64,000 nucleotides of DNA from Candidatus Fervidifonticultor tertius. GTDB taxonomy: Bacteria > Sysuimicrobiota > Sysuimicrobiia > Sysuimicrobiales > Humicultoraceae. The position numbers and the translations under genes are program-made. Shown piece by piece: positions 35,540 to 44,734 of the stretch. The notes beneath the pieces are model-generated. The model was not told the DNA's origin and ran no database searches. It saw nothing but the letters and a program-made list of their open reading frames with translations. The stretch is from the NCBI GenBank assembly GCA_031459235.1, contig JAVKIY010000002.1, forward strand, positions 5,026 to 69,025, given 5' to 3'. The number at the start of each line of letters is the position of its first letter. Position 1 is the stretch's first letter.

Positions 35540-36775
35540 TCACCGTCCGCAGAACTGGCAGGGCGGGTAGTCGCGAGAGTAGACGGGGTTGCGCAGGAAC
35601 TCGGCCGCGTTGTACGTCCAGAACTGGGAGACGTTGGGGTACGTGTGGATTACGGAGTTCTGGAGCGCGGTGCCGACGCGCTCCACACGCCGGATGTAGA
35701 TGTTCTGCACGATGTTGCCGTGGCTGTCGAGGCGCAACGGGCCGCGCGGCGTGTCTGCGACGACCAGCCCCTCCATGGCGCGGATGAACGCCGCCCGGTC
35801 GGTGACCTGGCCGCCCACCCGCTGCAGCGCCCGGTCGATCCACAGCGCCGTCGAATAGCCCGCGTCCGCGTACGCGTTGGGGATTTTGTTGAACCGCGCC
35901 CGGTACTCCTGGACGAACGTCCGGTTCCACTGGTTCTCGAGCGCGGCGCTGTAGTGCAGCGTGGTTACCAGGCCCACCGCCTCCGGCCCCATCTGGAGCA
36001 GGTTGACCTCGTCGGTCATGTGCCCGGGGCCGATGAGCGGCAGCCGGTCGCGCAGGCCGAACTCCTGGTACTGCCGCACGAACCGCAACGCCACCGGCCC
36101 GACCACCGCGCCGACGACGGCATCCACGTCGCGCGGGATGCGCGCCAGGTAGGGGCTGAAGTCGGCGCTGCCCAGCGGCGTCCAGATCTTGGCGACCACG
36201 CGACCGCCCGCCTCCTCGAACGCCCGCTGGAACCCGCCGATCCACTCGTGGCCGAACGCGAAGTCGTCGGCGAGCGTCGCGACGCGGCGGTAGCCGAGCT
36301 GCCGGGCGGCGTAGTCGCCGAAGGGATGGGCGAACTGGCTCGAGGCGCCCCACCCGATGCGCACGAGGAACCGGGCGCGCCCGCGCTGGGTCAGGTCGTC
36401 CCCGCCGGCGACCGCGATGACCGTGGGGATCGCCTGCTGGTCGATGTACCCTCGCATCGCGTAGGCCGCGGCCGAGTTGATGATGCCGGTGAGCAGGTGG
36501 ACGCGGTCGGACTCGTGCAGCTTCCGGATCTTGGTGAGGGCGACCTCCGGGCTGAACTGATCGTCCTCGACGATGAAGCGCACGGGCCGGTTGGCCAGCC
36601 GTTGCTGGGTCTTCGCCAGGTAGAGGTTGAAGCCGTTGAGCAGGTCCTGCCCCGTGGGTGCGAATACCCCGGTCAGCGGCGCCACGAAGCCCACCACCAC
36701 GGGCGATGGGGGCGCGGCGCCCACCGTGCCGGCTATGAGTGCGACGAGCGCGAGTCCGAGCAGAGCCCAGCGCAT
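35540..36775 (-). CDS. Leu/Ile/Val-type (family 4) ABC substrate-binding protein
   Basis: Start set at ATG 36775 (AGGAGGGA about 8 nt upstream). Signal peptide MRWALLGLALVALIAG. LivK-type pattern VGFVAPLTGVFAPTG...AAYAM. The ligand may not be an amino acid. Confidence 0.8.
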   Translation of the reverse strand: MRWALLGLALVALIAGTVGAAPPSPVVVGFVAPLTGVFAPTGQDLLNGFNLYLAKTQQRLANRPVRFIVEDDQFSPEVALTKIRKLHESDRVHLLTGIINSAAAYAMRGYIDQQAIPTVIAVAGGDDLTQRGRARFLVRIGWGASSQFAHPFGDYAARQLGYRRVATLADDFAFGHEWIGGFQRAFEEAGGRVVAKIWTPLGSADFSPYLARIPRDVDAVVGAVVGPVALRFVRQYQEFGLRDRLPLIGPGHMTDEVNLLQMGPEAVGLVTTLHYSAALENQWNRTFVQEYRARFNKIPNAYADAGYSTALWIDRALQRVGGQVTDRAAFIRAMEGLVVADTPRGPLRLDSHGNIVQNIYIRRVERVGTALQNSVIHTYPNVSQFWTYNAAEFLRNPVYSRDYPPCQFCGR

Positions 36776-36801
36776 GACTGCCGTCCCTCCTGTGAGGTTT
36801 G

Positions 36802-39222
36802 TCACGGAGCGAGATTCGCCGCCCCTGTGGCCGGGACCCCCCGGCGGGCGTCAGGCCCGCGCCGTCCCTCGGCGGCGGTCAGCAGCGCGGTCAGGCACGG
36901 TGGCGTGACCGGGTAGCGGGCGATGCGCGCCCCGGTGCCGGGCGCGACGCCGTCGAGCGCGTCGGCGATCGCGTTCACGACGGCGGCCGGGGCCGCGATG
37001 GTCCCACCCTCGGCCATGCCCTTGTGGCCGCCCGGGCTGATTGGAGACGGTGTCTCCAGGTGCGCCAGCACGGCGGGCGGCACGTCCCGGACGGTCGGCA
37101 GCAGGTAGTCCATGAAGGTGCCCGAGAGCAGCTGCCCGCTCTCGTCGTAGACGAGCTCCTCGAGCAGCGCGGCCCCGACGCCCTGCGCCAGCGCGCCGTG
37201 GAGCTGGCCCTCGACGAGATTCGGCGCGATGAGCGGGCCGCAGTCGTGGGCGATCCAGTAGCCGAGGAACGAGACCGTGCCCAGGTCGCGATCCACCTCC
37301 ACCGCCGCCACGTGCACCCCGGCCGGGAAGATCCAGTTGGCGGGCGTGTAGGTGGACTGCGCTTCCAGGCCCGGTTCCATCTCAGGCGGCAGCCGGTGGG
37401 CGCCATAGGCCTCGCGCGCGATCTGGGCCAGGGTGAGCGCGCGCTGCGGGCTACCGCGCACCCGGCAGACGCCGCCGGTCAGCTCGACGTCCTCGACGCG
37501 CGCTTCGAGCAGGTGCGCCGCCAGCCGCAGGATTTTCTCCCGGACGCGCTTTGCGGCCAGGAGAGTGGCGCTCCCGCCCATGACGGCGCCGCGGCTGGCC
37601 GCGGTGCCGTAGGCGCTGTAGGGCGCGCGGTGCGTGTCGCCCAGCACGACCGTGACCCGTTCGGGAGGCAGGGTGAGCACCCGCGCCGCGACCCGCGCGA
37701 GCGAGGCGCGGATGCCCTGGCCGAGCTCGATGACCCCGCAGAGCACGGTCGCGTCGCCGTCGGGCTCCACGCGAACGACGGCGGTCTCGTATCCGCCCTG
37801 CAGGTTCCCCAGCGCGCCCATCAGCGGCGAGGGCCCCATCGCCGTGTACTCCGTGTACGCCGACAGGCCGATGCCGATCAGGCGCCCGGCCGCACGCGCC
37901 TCGGTCTGGGCGCGGCGAAGCGCCGCGTAGCCGGACAGCGCGAGCGCCCGGTCGAGCAGCGCCGGGTAGTTGCCGCTGTCGTAGACGAACCCGCCCGCAC
38001 TCCGGTAGGGAAACGCCTCGGGCGGCAGCAGGTTGCGGCGGCGCACCTCCGCCGGATCGAGCCCGAGCTGCCCCGCGGCCATGTCCATCAGCCGCTCCAT
38101 CACGAACGTGGACTGCTGCATGCCGAAGGCGCGGTACGCGCCGAACGGCATCTTGTTGGTGACGACGACCTCGACGCGCGCCCGGTAGTCCTCCAACCGG
38201 TAGGGGCCGGGGAGCATGAGCCCGGTGACGAAGATGGGCGCGACGCCCTTGGTGTGCAGATGGGCGCCGGCATCCCCGCGCACGCGCGCCTGGAGCGCCA
38301 CCAGCCGGCCGTCGGCGTCGAAGCCGGCCCGGGCGCGCACGCGCTGCTGGCGCGCGTGCACCAGGCTCAGGTAGTGCTCGCGGCGGTCAGCGATCCACCG
38401 CACCGGCCGCCGGAGCCGTCGAGCCAGCAGGCAGACCAGCACCTCTTCCGGGTAGTAGTGCAGCTTTGCGCCGAAGCCGCCGCCCACGTCCGGGACGATC
38501 ACGCGGATCGCCGCCTCGTCCATCCCGAGGACCTCGGCCAGGATCGTCCGGTACTGGTGCGGGGCCTGGGTGGAGACCCACAGCGTGAGTTCGCCGGTCG
38601 CAGGGTCCACCGAGGCGAGCGCCGCGCCGCCTTCGAGCGGCGAGGCGGTCTGGCGCGGCAGGTCGAACGTCGCCTCGACCGTCACCGCGGCCGTCCGAAA
38701 GGCGGCGTCCGGGTCGCCCCGCCCGACGTCCCGCCACGCCACCAGGTTGTCGGGCCAGTCCTCGTAGAGCCGCGGCGCCGCCGGCGCCAGGGCCGCGTCC
38801 ACGTCCACAACCGCCGGGAGCGGGTCGTAGTCCACAGCGACCAGGGCCGCGGCGTCCTCGGCCACGTACCGGTCTGCGGCCGCCACCGCGGCGACCGGTT
38901 GCCCGGCGTAGCGGACCCGGTCGGCGGGGAGCACAGGATAGCCCGTCTGCCGCTGGCCCGCCGGCCGGAAGAGCACAGGGAGTTCCGGGAGCGCGCGCAC
39001 GTCGTCGGGGACGAGCGCCGCGGCGACCCCCGGCAGGCGGAGCGCGGCCGAGGCGTCCACGCCCCGCAGGCGGGCGTGCGCGTGCGGGCTGCGGACGATC
39101 GCGACGTCCAGGGTGCCCGGCAGGGCGAGGTCGGCCACGTAGCGTCCCCGCCCGCGCAGGAGCCGGGGATCCTCGGGCCGCCCGACTGTCTCGTCGTGCA
39201 AGGATGAGCGCACCGGCGGCAT
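36802..39222 (-). CDS. xanthine dehydrogenase family molybdopterin-binding large subunit (paralogue 3)
   Basis: 806 aa. N-terminus VGRPEDPRLLRGRGRYVADL. Blocks GGGFGAKL and AYRAFGM, and the C-terminal GHKGMAEGG. No SD before ATG 39222. First gene of the liv-type array. Confidence 0.85.
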   Translation of the reverse strand: MPPVRSSLHDETVGRPEDPRLLRGRGRYVADLALPGTLDVAIVRSPHAHARLRGVDASAALRLPGVAAALVPDDVRALPELPVLFRPAGQRQTGYPVLPADRVRYAGQPVAAVAAADRYVAEDAAALVAVDYDPLPAVVDVDAALAPAAPRLYEDWPDNLVAWRDVGRGDPDAAFRTAAVTVEATFDLPRQTASPLEGGAALASVDPATGELTLWVSTQAPHQYRTILAEVLGMDEAAIRVIVPDVGGGFGAKLHYYPEEVLVCLLARRLRRPVRWIADRREHYLSLVHARQQRVRARAGFDADGRLVALQARVRGDAGAHLHTKGVAPIFVTGLMLPGPYRLEDYRARVEVVVTNKMPFGAYRAFGMQQSTFVMERLMDMAAGQLGLDPAEVRRRNLLPPEAFPYRSAGGFVYDSGNYPALLDRALALSGYAALRRAQTEARAAGRLIGIGLSAYTEYTAMGPSPLMGALGNLQGGYETAVVRVEPDGDATVLCGVIELGQGIRASLARVAARVLTLPPERVTVVLGDTHRAPYSAYGTAASRGAVMGGSATLLAAKRVREKILRLAAHLLEARVEDVELTGGVCRVRGSPQRALTLAQIAREAYGAHRLPPEMEPGLEAQSTYTPANWIFPAGVHVAAVEVDRDLGTVSFLGYWIAHDCGPLIAPNLVEGQLHGALAQGVGAALLEELVYDESGQLLSGTFMDYLLPTVRDVPPAVLAHLETPSPISPGGHKGMAEGGTIAAPAAVVNAIADALDGVAPGTGARIARYPVTPPCLTALLTAAEGRRGPDARRGVPATGAANLAP

Positions 39223-39300
39223 GAATACTGTTCTCTACAGCAGACGCCGCCGACTCCCCTCCTGCGCGGGTGCGGGCACGGCGCTGCGCGAGGGGGACGC

Positions 39301-40293
39301 ATGAGGCCCGGCAAGCTGACCGCGCGCGACCTGCGCGAGCGCATCTTTCCGTTCCTCGGCCGCCGCGACGATGTGCTGGTCCACGCCACCGTGGGTCAGG
39401 ACTGCGCCATCCTGGACTTCGGCCCGTCGGTGTGCGTCGTGACCACCGATCCGATCACCGGGGCCGGCGAGCACCTGGGTCGGCTGGCCGTGCACGTCGC
39501 CTGCAACGACCTGGCGACCACGGGTGCCGAGCCCGTGGGTCTCCTGCTCACGCTCCTGCTGGCCGAAGCGACCGCCGAGGCCGACCTGGAGGCGATCATG
39601 CGCGAGGCCGGCGCCGCGGCCAGGGCGGTCGGCGTGGAGATCGTGGGCGGCCACACCGAGGTGACGCCCGGTCTCCCGCACTCGATCGTGGTGACCGCGG
39701 CCATCGGCCGCGCGCCGCGGGACCGCTACGTCTCGGCCTCCGGCGGTCGGCCGGGCGAGGCGCTCGTGCTGACCAAGACCGCGGGCATCGAGGGGACGGC
39801 CATCCTGGCCGCGGATCTGGCGGACCGGCTCCGCGGCACCGTGGACGAGGCCACGCTGGCCCGCGCCCGCGCGTTCATCGACCGGATCAGCGTGGTGCCC
39901 GACGGCCGGATCGGCGCGCGCTTCGGGGCGACCGCGATGCACGACGTCACCGAGGGTGGCGTGCTCACCGGCGCGTGGGAGCTCGCCGACGCCTCGGGCT
40001 GCGGGGTGCGGCTCGACGCCGACGCGGTGCCGGTGGCGCCGGAGACGCGGGTCATCTGTGACGCGCTGGGGGCCGACCCGCTGGCGCTGATCAGCAGCGG
40101 CGCGATGCTGATCGCGGTACCCGATCCCTGGCCGCTGCAGACCGAGCTCGCGCGCGCCGGCATCGCCTCGGCCGTGATCGGGACGCTGGTGGAGCGCGAG
40201 CGGGTGGTCACGCGGGACGGCCGCACGGCCGAGCTCGCGCCGCCGGACCGCGACGAGCTGTGGCGGCTGCTGGAAGCCGCCGGCGTGGGGTGA
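39301..40293 (+). CDS. AIR synthase-related protein (PurM/HypE/ThiL superfamily)
   Basis: VGQDCAILDF...VVTTDPITG...VHVACNDLATTGAEP...GGHTEV pattern of the AIRS N- and C-domains. It lacks the C-terminal Cys motif of HypE and the N-terminal Cys/Sec-Lys loop of SelD. SD GAGGGGGA lies upstream. Confidence 0.7.
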   Translation: MRPGKLTARDLRERIFPFLGRRDDVLVHATVGQDCAILDFGPSVCVVTTDPITGAGEHLGRLAVHVACNDLATTGAEPVGLLLTLLLAEATAEADLEAIMREAGAAARAVGVEIVGGHTEVTPGLPHSIVVTAAIGRAPRDRYVSASGGRPGEALVLTKTAGIEGTAILAADLADRLRGTVDEATLARARAFIDRISVVPDGRIGARFGATAMHDVTEGGVLTGAWELADASGCGVRLDADAVPVAPETRVICDALGADPLALISSGAMLIAVPDPWPLQTELARAGIASAVIGTLVERERVVTRDGRTAELAPPDRDELWRLLEAAGVG

Positions 40294-40301
40294 CCGCCGC
40301 C

Positions 40302-40330
40302 TTGCCCGGCCGCGGTCCCGCCGGTATACT
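40302..40330 (+). promoter_or_regulatory. sigma70-type promoter
   Basis: TTGCCC (40302-40307), 17-nt spacer, TATACT (40325-40330). It lies 36 nt before GTG 40367, which has GGAGGG upstream. Confidence 0.55.
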
Positions 40331-40366
40331 GCAACGCAATACCGAAGCGACCCTGGAGGGACCACC

Positions 40367-41929
40367 GTGAAGATGCTGCGCGGCCTGCTCGGCGCCGCGA
40401 TCATGCTCGTGCTGGCCCTGGTTCTGGTCCTGCCCACCGAGGGGCAACCCCAGCCGCAGCCCCGTCGGGGCGGGGTGCTGCGCATCGCCCACATCGGCGA
40501 ACCGCCGACGCTGGACTGGCACTGGTCGAGCGGCGCCATCGTCAGCCATATCCTGAACAACCTCTACGAGGCGCCGGTCGCGATGGACAGCAAGTTCCAG
40601 GTGCGGCCCATGCTGGCGGAGCGCGTGACCATGAGCGCCGACCGGCTGACCTACACGTTTGCGCTGCGCCGCGGCGTCCGGTTCCACCATGGCCGCGAGA
40701 TGACCAGCGACGACGTGCGGGCGTCGCTCGAGCGCTGGGGCCGCGTCAACTTCCGCGGGCGCATCGTCTTCGCCAACGTGGCCGCCGTGTCGAACCCCGA
40801 CCCCTACACGGTGGTGCTGCGGCTCAAGGAGCCCTACGCGCTGCTCCTCGCCGACCTGGGCTCGTTCCAGTCGCCGGCGGCGGTCTACCCGAAGGAGGTC
40901 GTGGACGAGGCCGGCGCCACCGGGCCGATCCGCCGATTCATCGGCACCGGGCCGTACCGGCTCGCGGAGCGGGTGCCCGACCGTCACATCCGGCTCGAGC
41001 GGTTCGACGGCTACGCGAGCCGGACCGAGGCCGCCGACGGCAATACCGGCCAGAAGCACGCCTACCTCGACGCCATCGTCTTCATCCCGGTGCCCGATCT
41101 GTCGGTGCGCATCGCCGGCACGCAGCGCAACGAGTTCCAGTTCGCCGAGCAGATCCCGAGCGACCAGTACGACCGGCTGCGGGGCGACCAGAGCCTGGTG
41201 CCCTACGTCGCGACGCTGCCGTTCTGGAACGCGGCGATCTTCAACAACCGCCAGGGCCTCATGGCCAACCCGAAGGTGCGCCAGGCGTTCCAGGCCGCGC
41301 TCGACCACGGCCCGATCATGCAGGCGGCGTTCGGCCCGCAGCGGTTCTGGCGCCTGGACGCCGGCATCATGCCCAAAGAGCACCCGATGTACACGGACGC
41401 GGGGAAGGAGTACTACAGCCCGAACAACCCGCAGCGCGCGCGGCAGCTCCTCCAGGAGGCCGGCTACCGCGGCGAGCCGGTCCGGTACATGACCACCACC
41501 GAGTTCCCGCACCAGGCGGTCTCCGCCCAGGTGGCCAAGCCCATGCTCGAGCGCGCGGGATTCGTCATCGACCTGCAGGTGAGCGACTGGGCGACCATCG
41601 TCAGCCGGCGGGTGCGGCCCGAGCTGTGGGACGTCTTCAGCACGCAGATCGCGTTCTTCCCCGACCCGGTGTTCCAGGTGCCGCTGCAGCACACGTGGCC
41701 GGGCTGGTGGAGCAACCGCGACGGCATGGCGATGATGGAGCTGCTGCGCCGCCATACAAACCCCCGCACGCGCTACGAGATCTGGCAGCGGCTCCAGCGC
41801 ACCTGGTACGCGGACGCCGGGTCGATCAAGTTTGGGGACTTCTTCGAGATGCACCTGCACCGGCGCGAGCTGCGCGGGTTCGTCGAGAACCCGACGCACA
41901 CGTGGTACAATGCCTGGCTGGAGCGGTGA
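40367..41929 (+). CDS. ABC transporter substrate-binding protein, family 5 (peptide/nickel/opine type), orphan
   Basis: 520 aa with a signal peptide. The LRIAHIGEPPTLDWH...GTGPYRL pattern is typical of family 5 SBPs. No cognate permease or ATPase genes are adjacent. Confidence 0.8.
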   Translation: MKMLRGLLGAAIMLVLALVLVLPTEGQPQPQPRRGGVLRIAHIGEPPTLDWHWSSGAIVSHILNNLYEAPVAMDSKFQVRPMLAERVTMSADRLTYTFALRRGVRFHHGREMTSDDVRASLERWGRVNFRGRIVFANVAAVSNPDPYTVVLRLKEPYALLLADLGSFQSPAAVYPKEVVDEAGATGPIRRFIGTGPYRLAERVPDRHIRLERFDGYASRTEAADGNTGQKHAYLDAIVFIPVPDLSVRIAGTQRNEFQFAEQIPSDQYDRLRGDQSLVPYVATLPFWNAAIFNNRQGLMANPKVRQAFQAALDHGPIMQAAFGPQRFWRLDAGIMPKEHPMYTDAGKEYYSPNNPQRARQLLQEAGYRGEPVRYMTTTEFPHQAVSAQVAKPMLERAGFVIDLQVSDWATIVSRRVRPELWDVFSTQIAFFPDPVFQVPLQHTWPGWWSNRDGMAMMELLRRHTNPRTRYEIWQRLQRTWYADAGSIKFGDFFEMHLHRRELRGFVENPTHTWYNAWLER

Positions 41930-41946
41930 TGCGCGGGGCCCGTCTG

Positions 41947-41975
41947 TTGCACCCCGCACCCCGGGCACCTATAAT
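41947..41975 (+). promoter_or_regulatory. sigma70-type promoter upstream of the R3H-ATPase/tmk/darA/holB genes
   Basis: TTGCAC (41947-41952), 17-nt spacer, TATAAT (41970-41975), a perfect -10 box. Confidence 0.6.
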
Positions 41976-42063
41976 AAGAGGTGAGTGATCGAGCAGCGCC
42001 CGAGCATCGCTTGAGTCAGCGGACGCGGTTCGCGCCGCAGCGCACACCGGACGGTACGACCTC

Positions 42064-42095
42064 GAGGGGAGCCCGCGGGTTCCCCTCCATCTTTT
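42064..42095 (+). other. terminator-like hairpin plus U-tract inside the putative 5' leader
   Basis: GAGGGGA (42064-42070) / TCCCCTC (42081-42087), with additional inner CCC/GGG pairing, followed by CATCTTTTCC. It lies between the promoter and GTG 42125. A second GGGCCC/GGGCCC stem (42098-42103 / 42117-42122) encloses the SD. Confidence 0.35.
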
Positions 42096-42124
42096 CCGGG
42101 CCCGCGCGCCGGGAGGGGGCCCCC

Positions 42125-43663
42125 GTGGCCGGACGCCAGATCCAGATCACCGACAACCTCGACCTGCTCCTCGACGTGCTGCCGCCGCACCTGCGCGCGG
42201 CGCTCGAGCGCCGCGGCGCCACCGACCAGCTGCTCGAGGTCGTCCTGGACCTGGGGCGGCGGCCGGAGGCCCGGTTTCCCAACGACACCCTCGTCCTCGA
42301 CGACGCCTACGTGGACCGCGCAACCCTCAAATACATCACCGATCGTGTCGGCGCGTTCGGCAAGGACAATCGCGCGGGCATCGAGCGCACGCTCCACCGC
42401 ATCAGCGCCATCCGCAACCGGCAGGGCGAGATCATCGGGCTCACCTGCCGCGTGGGCCGAGCCGTGATCGGCACCGTGGACATCGTCCGCGATGTCATCG
42501 AGTCCGGCCGCTCGATCCTCCTGCTCGGGCGGCCGGGGGTGGGGAAGACCACGTTGCTCCGCGAGGCGGCGCGCGTGCTCGCGGACGAGCTGCGCAAGCG
42601 CGTCGTCGTGGTGGACACGTCCAACGAGATCGCCGGCGACGGCGACATCCCACACCCCGGCATCGGCGCGGCGCGCCGGATGCAGGTCCCGGTGCCCGCG
42701 CTCCAGCACGCGGTGATGATCGAGGCGGTCGAGAACCACATGCCCGAGGTCATCGTCATCGACGAGATCGGGACCGAGGCCGAGGCGCAGGCGGCGCGCA
42801 CCATCGCCGAGCGCGGGGTGCAGCTCATCGCCACCGCCCACGGCAACACCCTGGACAACCTCCTCCAGAACCCGACGCTCTCGGACCTGGTCGGCGGCAT
42901 CCAGGCCGTCACGCTTTCCGACGAGGAGGCGCGACGCCGCGGCACCCAGAAGACCGTGCTCGAGCGCAAGGCGCCGCCCACCTTCGACGTCGTCATCGAG
43001 ATCCAGGAGAAGGACCGCCTGGCGGTGCACCACGACGTCGCGACGGTGGTGGATCGCTACCTGCGGGGCGTGCTGCCGCGGCCCGAGCTGCGCACCCGCA
43101 CCGAGGCCGGCGAGGTGCAGATCGCCCCGCCCGCGCCGGCGGCGCCGGGCTGGGCGCCGGAGGGGCCCTTCGCCCCGCCGCCCCCGGAGGACCGCGGGCG
43201 GCCGGGCCGGCGGATCCTCCGCATCTACCCCTACGCGGTGAGCCGCAACCGGCTGGAGCGCGCGATCCGCGAGATGCACGTGCCGGCCTACATCGTGGAC
43301 GCTTCCGGCGAGGCGGACCTGGTCCTCACCGTGAAGTCGCAGGAGCGCCGCCAGCCGATGCGGCTGCGCGACGCGGCCAGCCGCGGGGTGCCCGTCCACG
43401 TCCTGCGCAGCAACACCGGTGCACAGATCCAGCAGTTCCTCCGCGAGCACTTCGACGTGGATGAGGGCCCCGACCACGAGGCCGCCCTCACCGAGGTCGA
43501 GCGCGCGATTGCCCAGGTGTTGGCCTCGGCGCGCGCCGTGGAGCTCGAGCCGCAGAACTCGTACATCCGGCGCCTGCAGCACCAGCTCGTGCAGCGGTAC
43601 GGCTTGGCGTCCGAGAGCAAGGGGGACGAGCCGTTCCGCCGCGTGGTGATCTACCCCCGGTAG
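42125..43663 (+). CDS. Ycf45/SpoIIIAA-like AAA ATPase with C-terminal R3H nucleic-acid-binding domain
   Basis: Start set at GTG 42125 (GGGAGGGGG 5 nt upstream), matching the usual N-terminus [14 protein letters not shown]. Walker [10 protein letters not shown], Walker [10 protein letters not shown]3H block [15 protein letters not shown]. The ORF-track start at GTG 41981 is an alternative. Confidence 0.75.
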   Translation: MAGRQIQITDNLDLLLDVLPPHLRAALERRGATDQLLEVVLDLGRRPEARFPNDTLVLDDAYVDRATLKYITDRVGAFGKDNRAGIERTLHRISAIRNRQGEIIGLTCRVGRAVIGTVDIVRDVIESGRSILLLGRPGVGKTTLLREAARVLADELRKRVVVVDTSNEIAGDGDIPHPGIGAARRMQVPVPALQHAVMIEAVENHMPEVIVIDEIGTEAEAQAARTIAERGVQLIATAHGNTLDNLLQNPTLSDLVGGIQAVTLSDEEARRRGTQKTVLERKAPPTFDVVIEIQEKDRLAVHHDVATVVDRYLRGVLPRPELRTRTEAGEVQIAPPAPAAPGWAPEGPFAPPPPEDRGRPGRRILRIYPYAVSRNRLERAIREMHVPAYIVDASGEADLVLTVKSQERRQPMRLRDAASRGVPVHVLRSNTGAQIQQFLREHFDVDEGPDHEAALTEVERAIAQVLASARAVELEPQNSYIRRLQHQLVQRYGLASESKGDEPFRRVVIYPR

Positions 43664-43670
43664 CGCGGCG

Positions 43671-44348
43671 ATGACCCCGCCGCTGGCCGCCGGGCGCGGC
43701 CTGTTCCTCACCGTCGAGGGGCCCGAGGGTGCCGGCAAGAGCACCCACGCGCGCCGCCTCTACGAGACCCTGCGGGTGGAGCTGCCGCTGGTGCTCACGC
43801 GCGAGCCGGGCGGGACGCCCCTCGGCGAGGCCATCCGGGCGGTGCTGCTCGACGAGCGCCACCGCGGCATGAGACCCGAGGCCGAGATGTTGCTCTTCGC
43901 CGCCAGCCGGGCCCAGCTCGTCGCGGAGGTTATCCTGCCGGCGCTGGCCGCCGGCACCTGCGTGCTCTCCGAGCGGTTCGTGGACGCGTCCATCGCCTAC
44001 CAGGGGTACGGCCGGGGCCTGCCGGTGGAGCTGGTGCGGCGAGTGAACGAGGTGGCGACGCAGGGGCTGCGGCCCGACCTGACCTTGTTGATCGACATTG
44101 AACCGCATCTGGGCCTGCAGCGCGCGCGCGGCGCCGACGGGAAGGACGCGCCGGCGGGCCGCGGCGACCGGCTGGAACAGGAAGACGGTGCGTTCCACGC
44201 GCGGGTCCGCGAAGGATTCCTCGAACTGGCACGCGAAGACCCCGGGCGATTTGTCGTCGTGAACGGCGCGCTGCCGCGCGACGACGTGCACCGCGCGCTG
44301 CTGGAGGCGGTCAGGCGCCTGCTGCGGGACCGCGGCTGGTCCCGGTGA
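43671..44348 (+). CDS. tmk: dTMP (thymidylate) kinase
   Basis: P-loop FLTVEGPEGAGKST, the DRF/LID region and the TREPGGT block. Confidence 0.9.
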   Translation: MTPPLAAGRGLFLTVEGPEGAGKSTHARRLYETLRVELPLVLTREPGGTPLGEAIRAVLLDERHRGMRPEAEMLLFAASRAQLVAEVILPALAAGTCVLSERFVDASIAYQGYGRGLPVELVRRVNEVATQGLRPDLTLLIDIEPHLGLQRARGADGKDAPAGRGDRLEQEDGAFHARVREGFLELAREDPGRFVVVNGALPRDDVHRALLEAVRRLLRDRGWSR

Positions 44349-44391
44349 GGCCGGCGGTGCCTGCCCGGCCGCGCGACGGGGGGTGCCGCCG

Positions 44392-44721
44392 ATGAAACTG
44401 GTCCTCACCATTGTCCAGGAGAAGGACGCCAATCGGCTCATCGACGCCCTCAACGAGGCGAACATCCACGCCACCATGCTGGCCAGCACGGGCGGGTTCC
44501 TGCGCGAGGGAAACGCTACCATCCTCACCGGCGTGGAAGACCACCTGGTCGAGACCGTGCTCGGCGTCATCGGCCGTGTCTGTCACCGCCGCGAGCAGCT
44601 CATGACGCCGATCCCGCCCGTCGTGGAACCCGTCGACTCGTACGTGACGTACCCCGTGAAGGTCGAGGTGGGCGGGGCGATCGTGTTCGTGCTGAACATC
44701 GAGCGCATGGAGCGCGTCTAA
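44392..44721 (+). CDS. darA: cyclic-di-AMP receptor, PII-like (DarA/YaaQ family)
   Basis: MKLVLTIVQEKDANRL...TGGFLREGNATILTGVED...YPVKVEVGGAIVFVL is closely similar to B. subtilis YaaQ/DarA as I recall it. The tmk-darA-holB order is the same. Start set at ATG 44392. Confidence 0.85.
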   Translation: MKLVLTIVQEKDANRLIDALNEANIHATMLASTGGFLREGNATILTGVEDHLVETVLGVIGRVCHRREQLMTPIPPVVEPVDSYVTYPVKVEVGGAIVFVLNIERMERV

Positions 44722-44734
44722 CCCGGGGGGCCGC

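Noticed and set aside
41976-42124. A known riboswitch (for example the c-di-AMP ydaO/kimA class) in the leader of the darA-containing operon.
   Set aside because: I could not recognise the conserved cores of that class, or of any other class I know, by eye. Only generic hairpins are visible, so it is reported as an unclassified structured leader.
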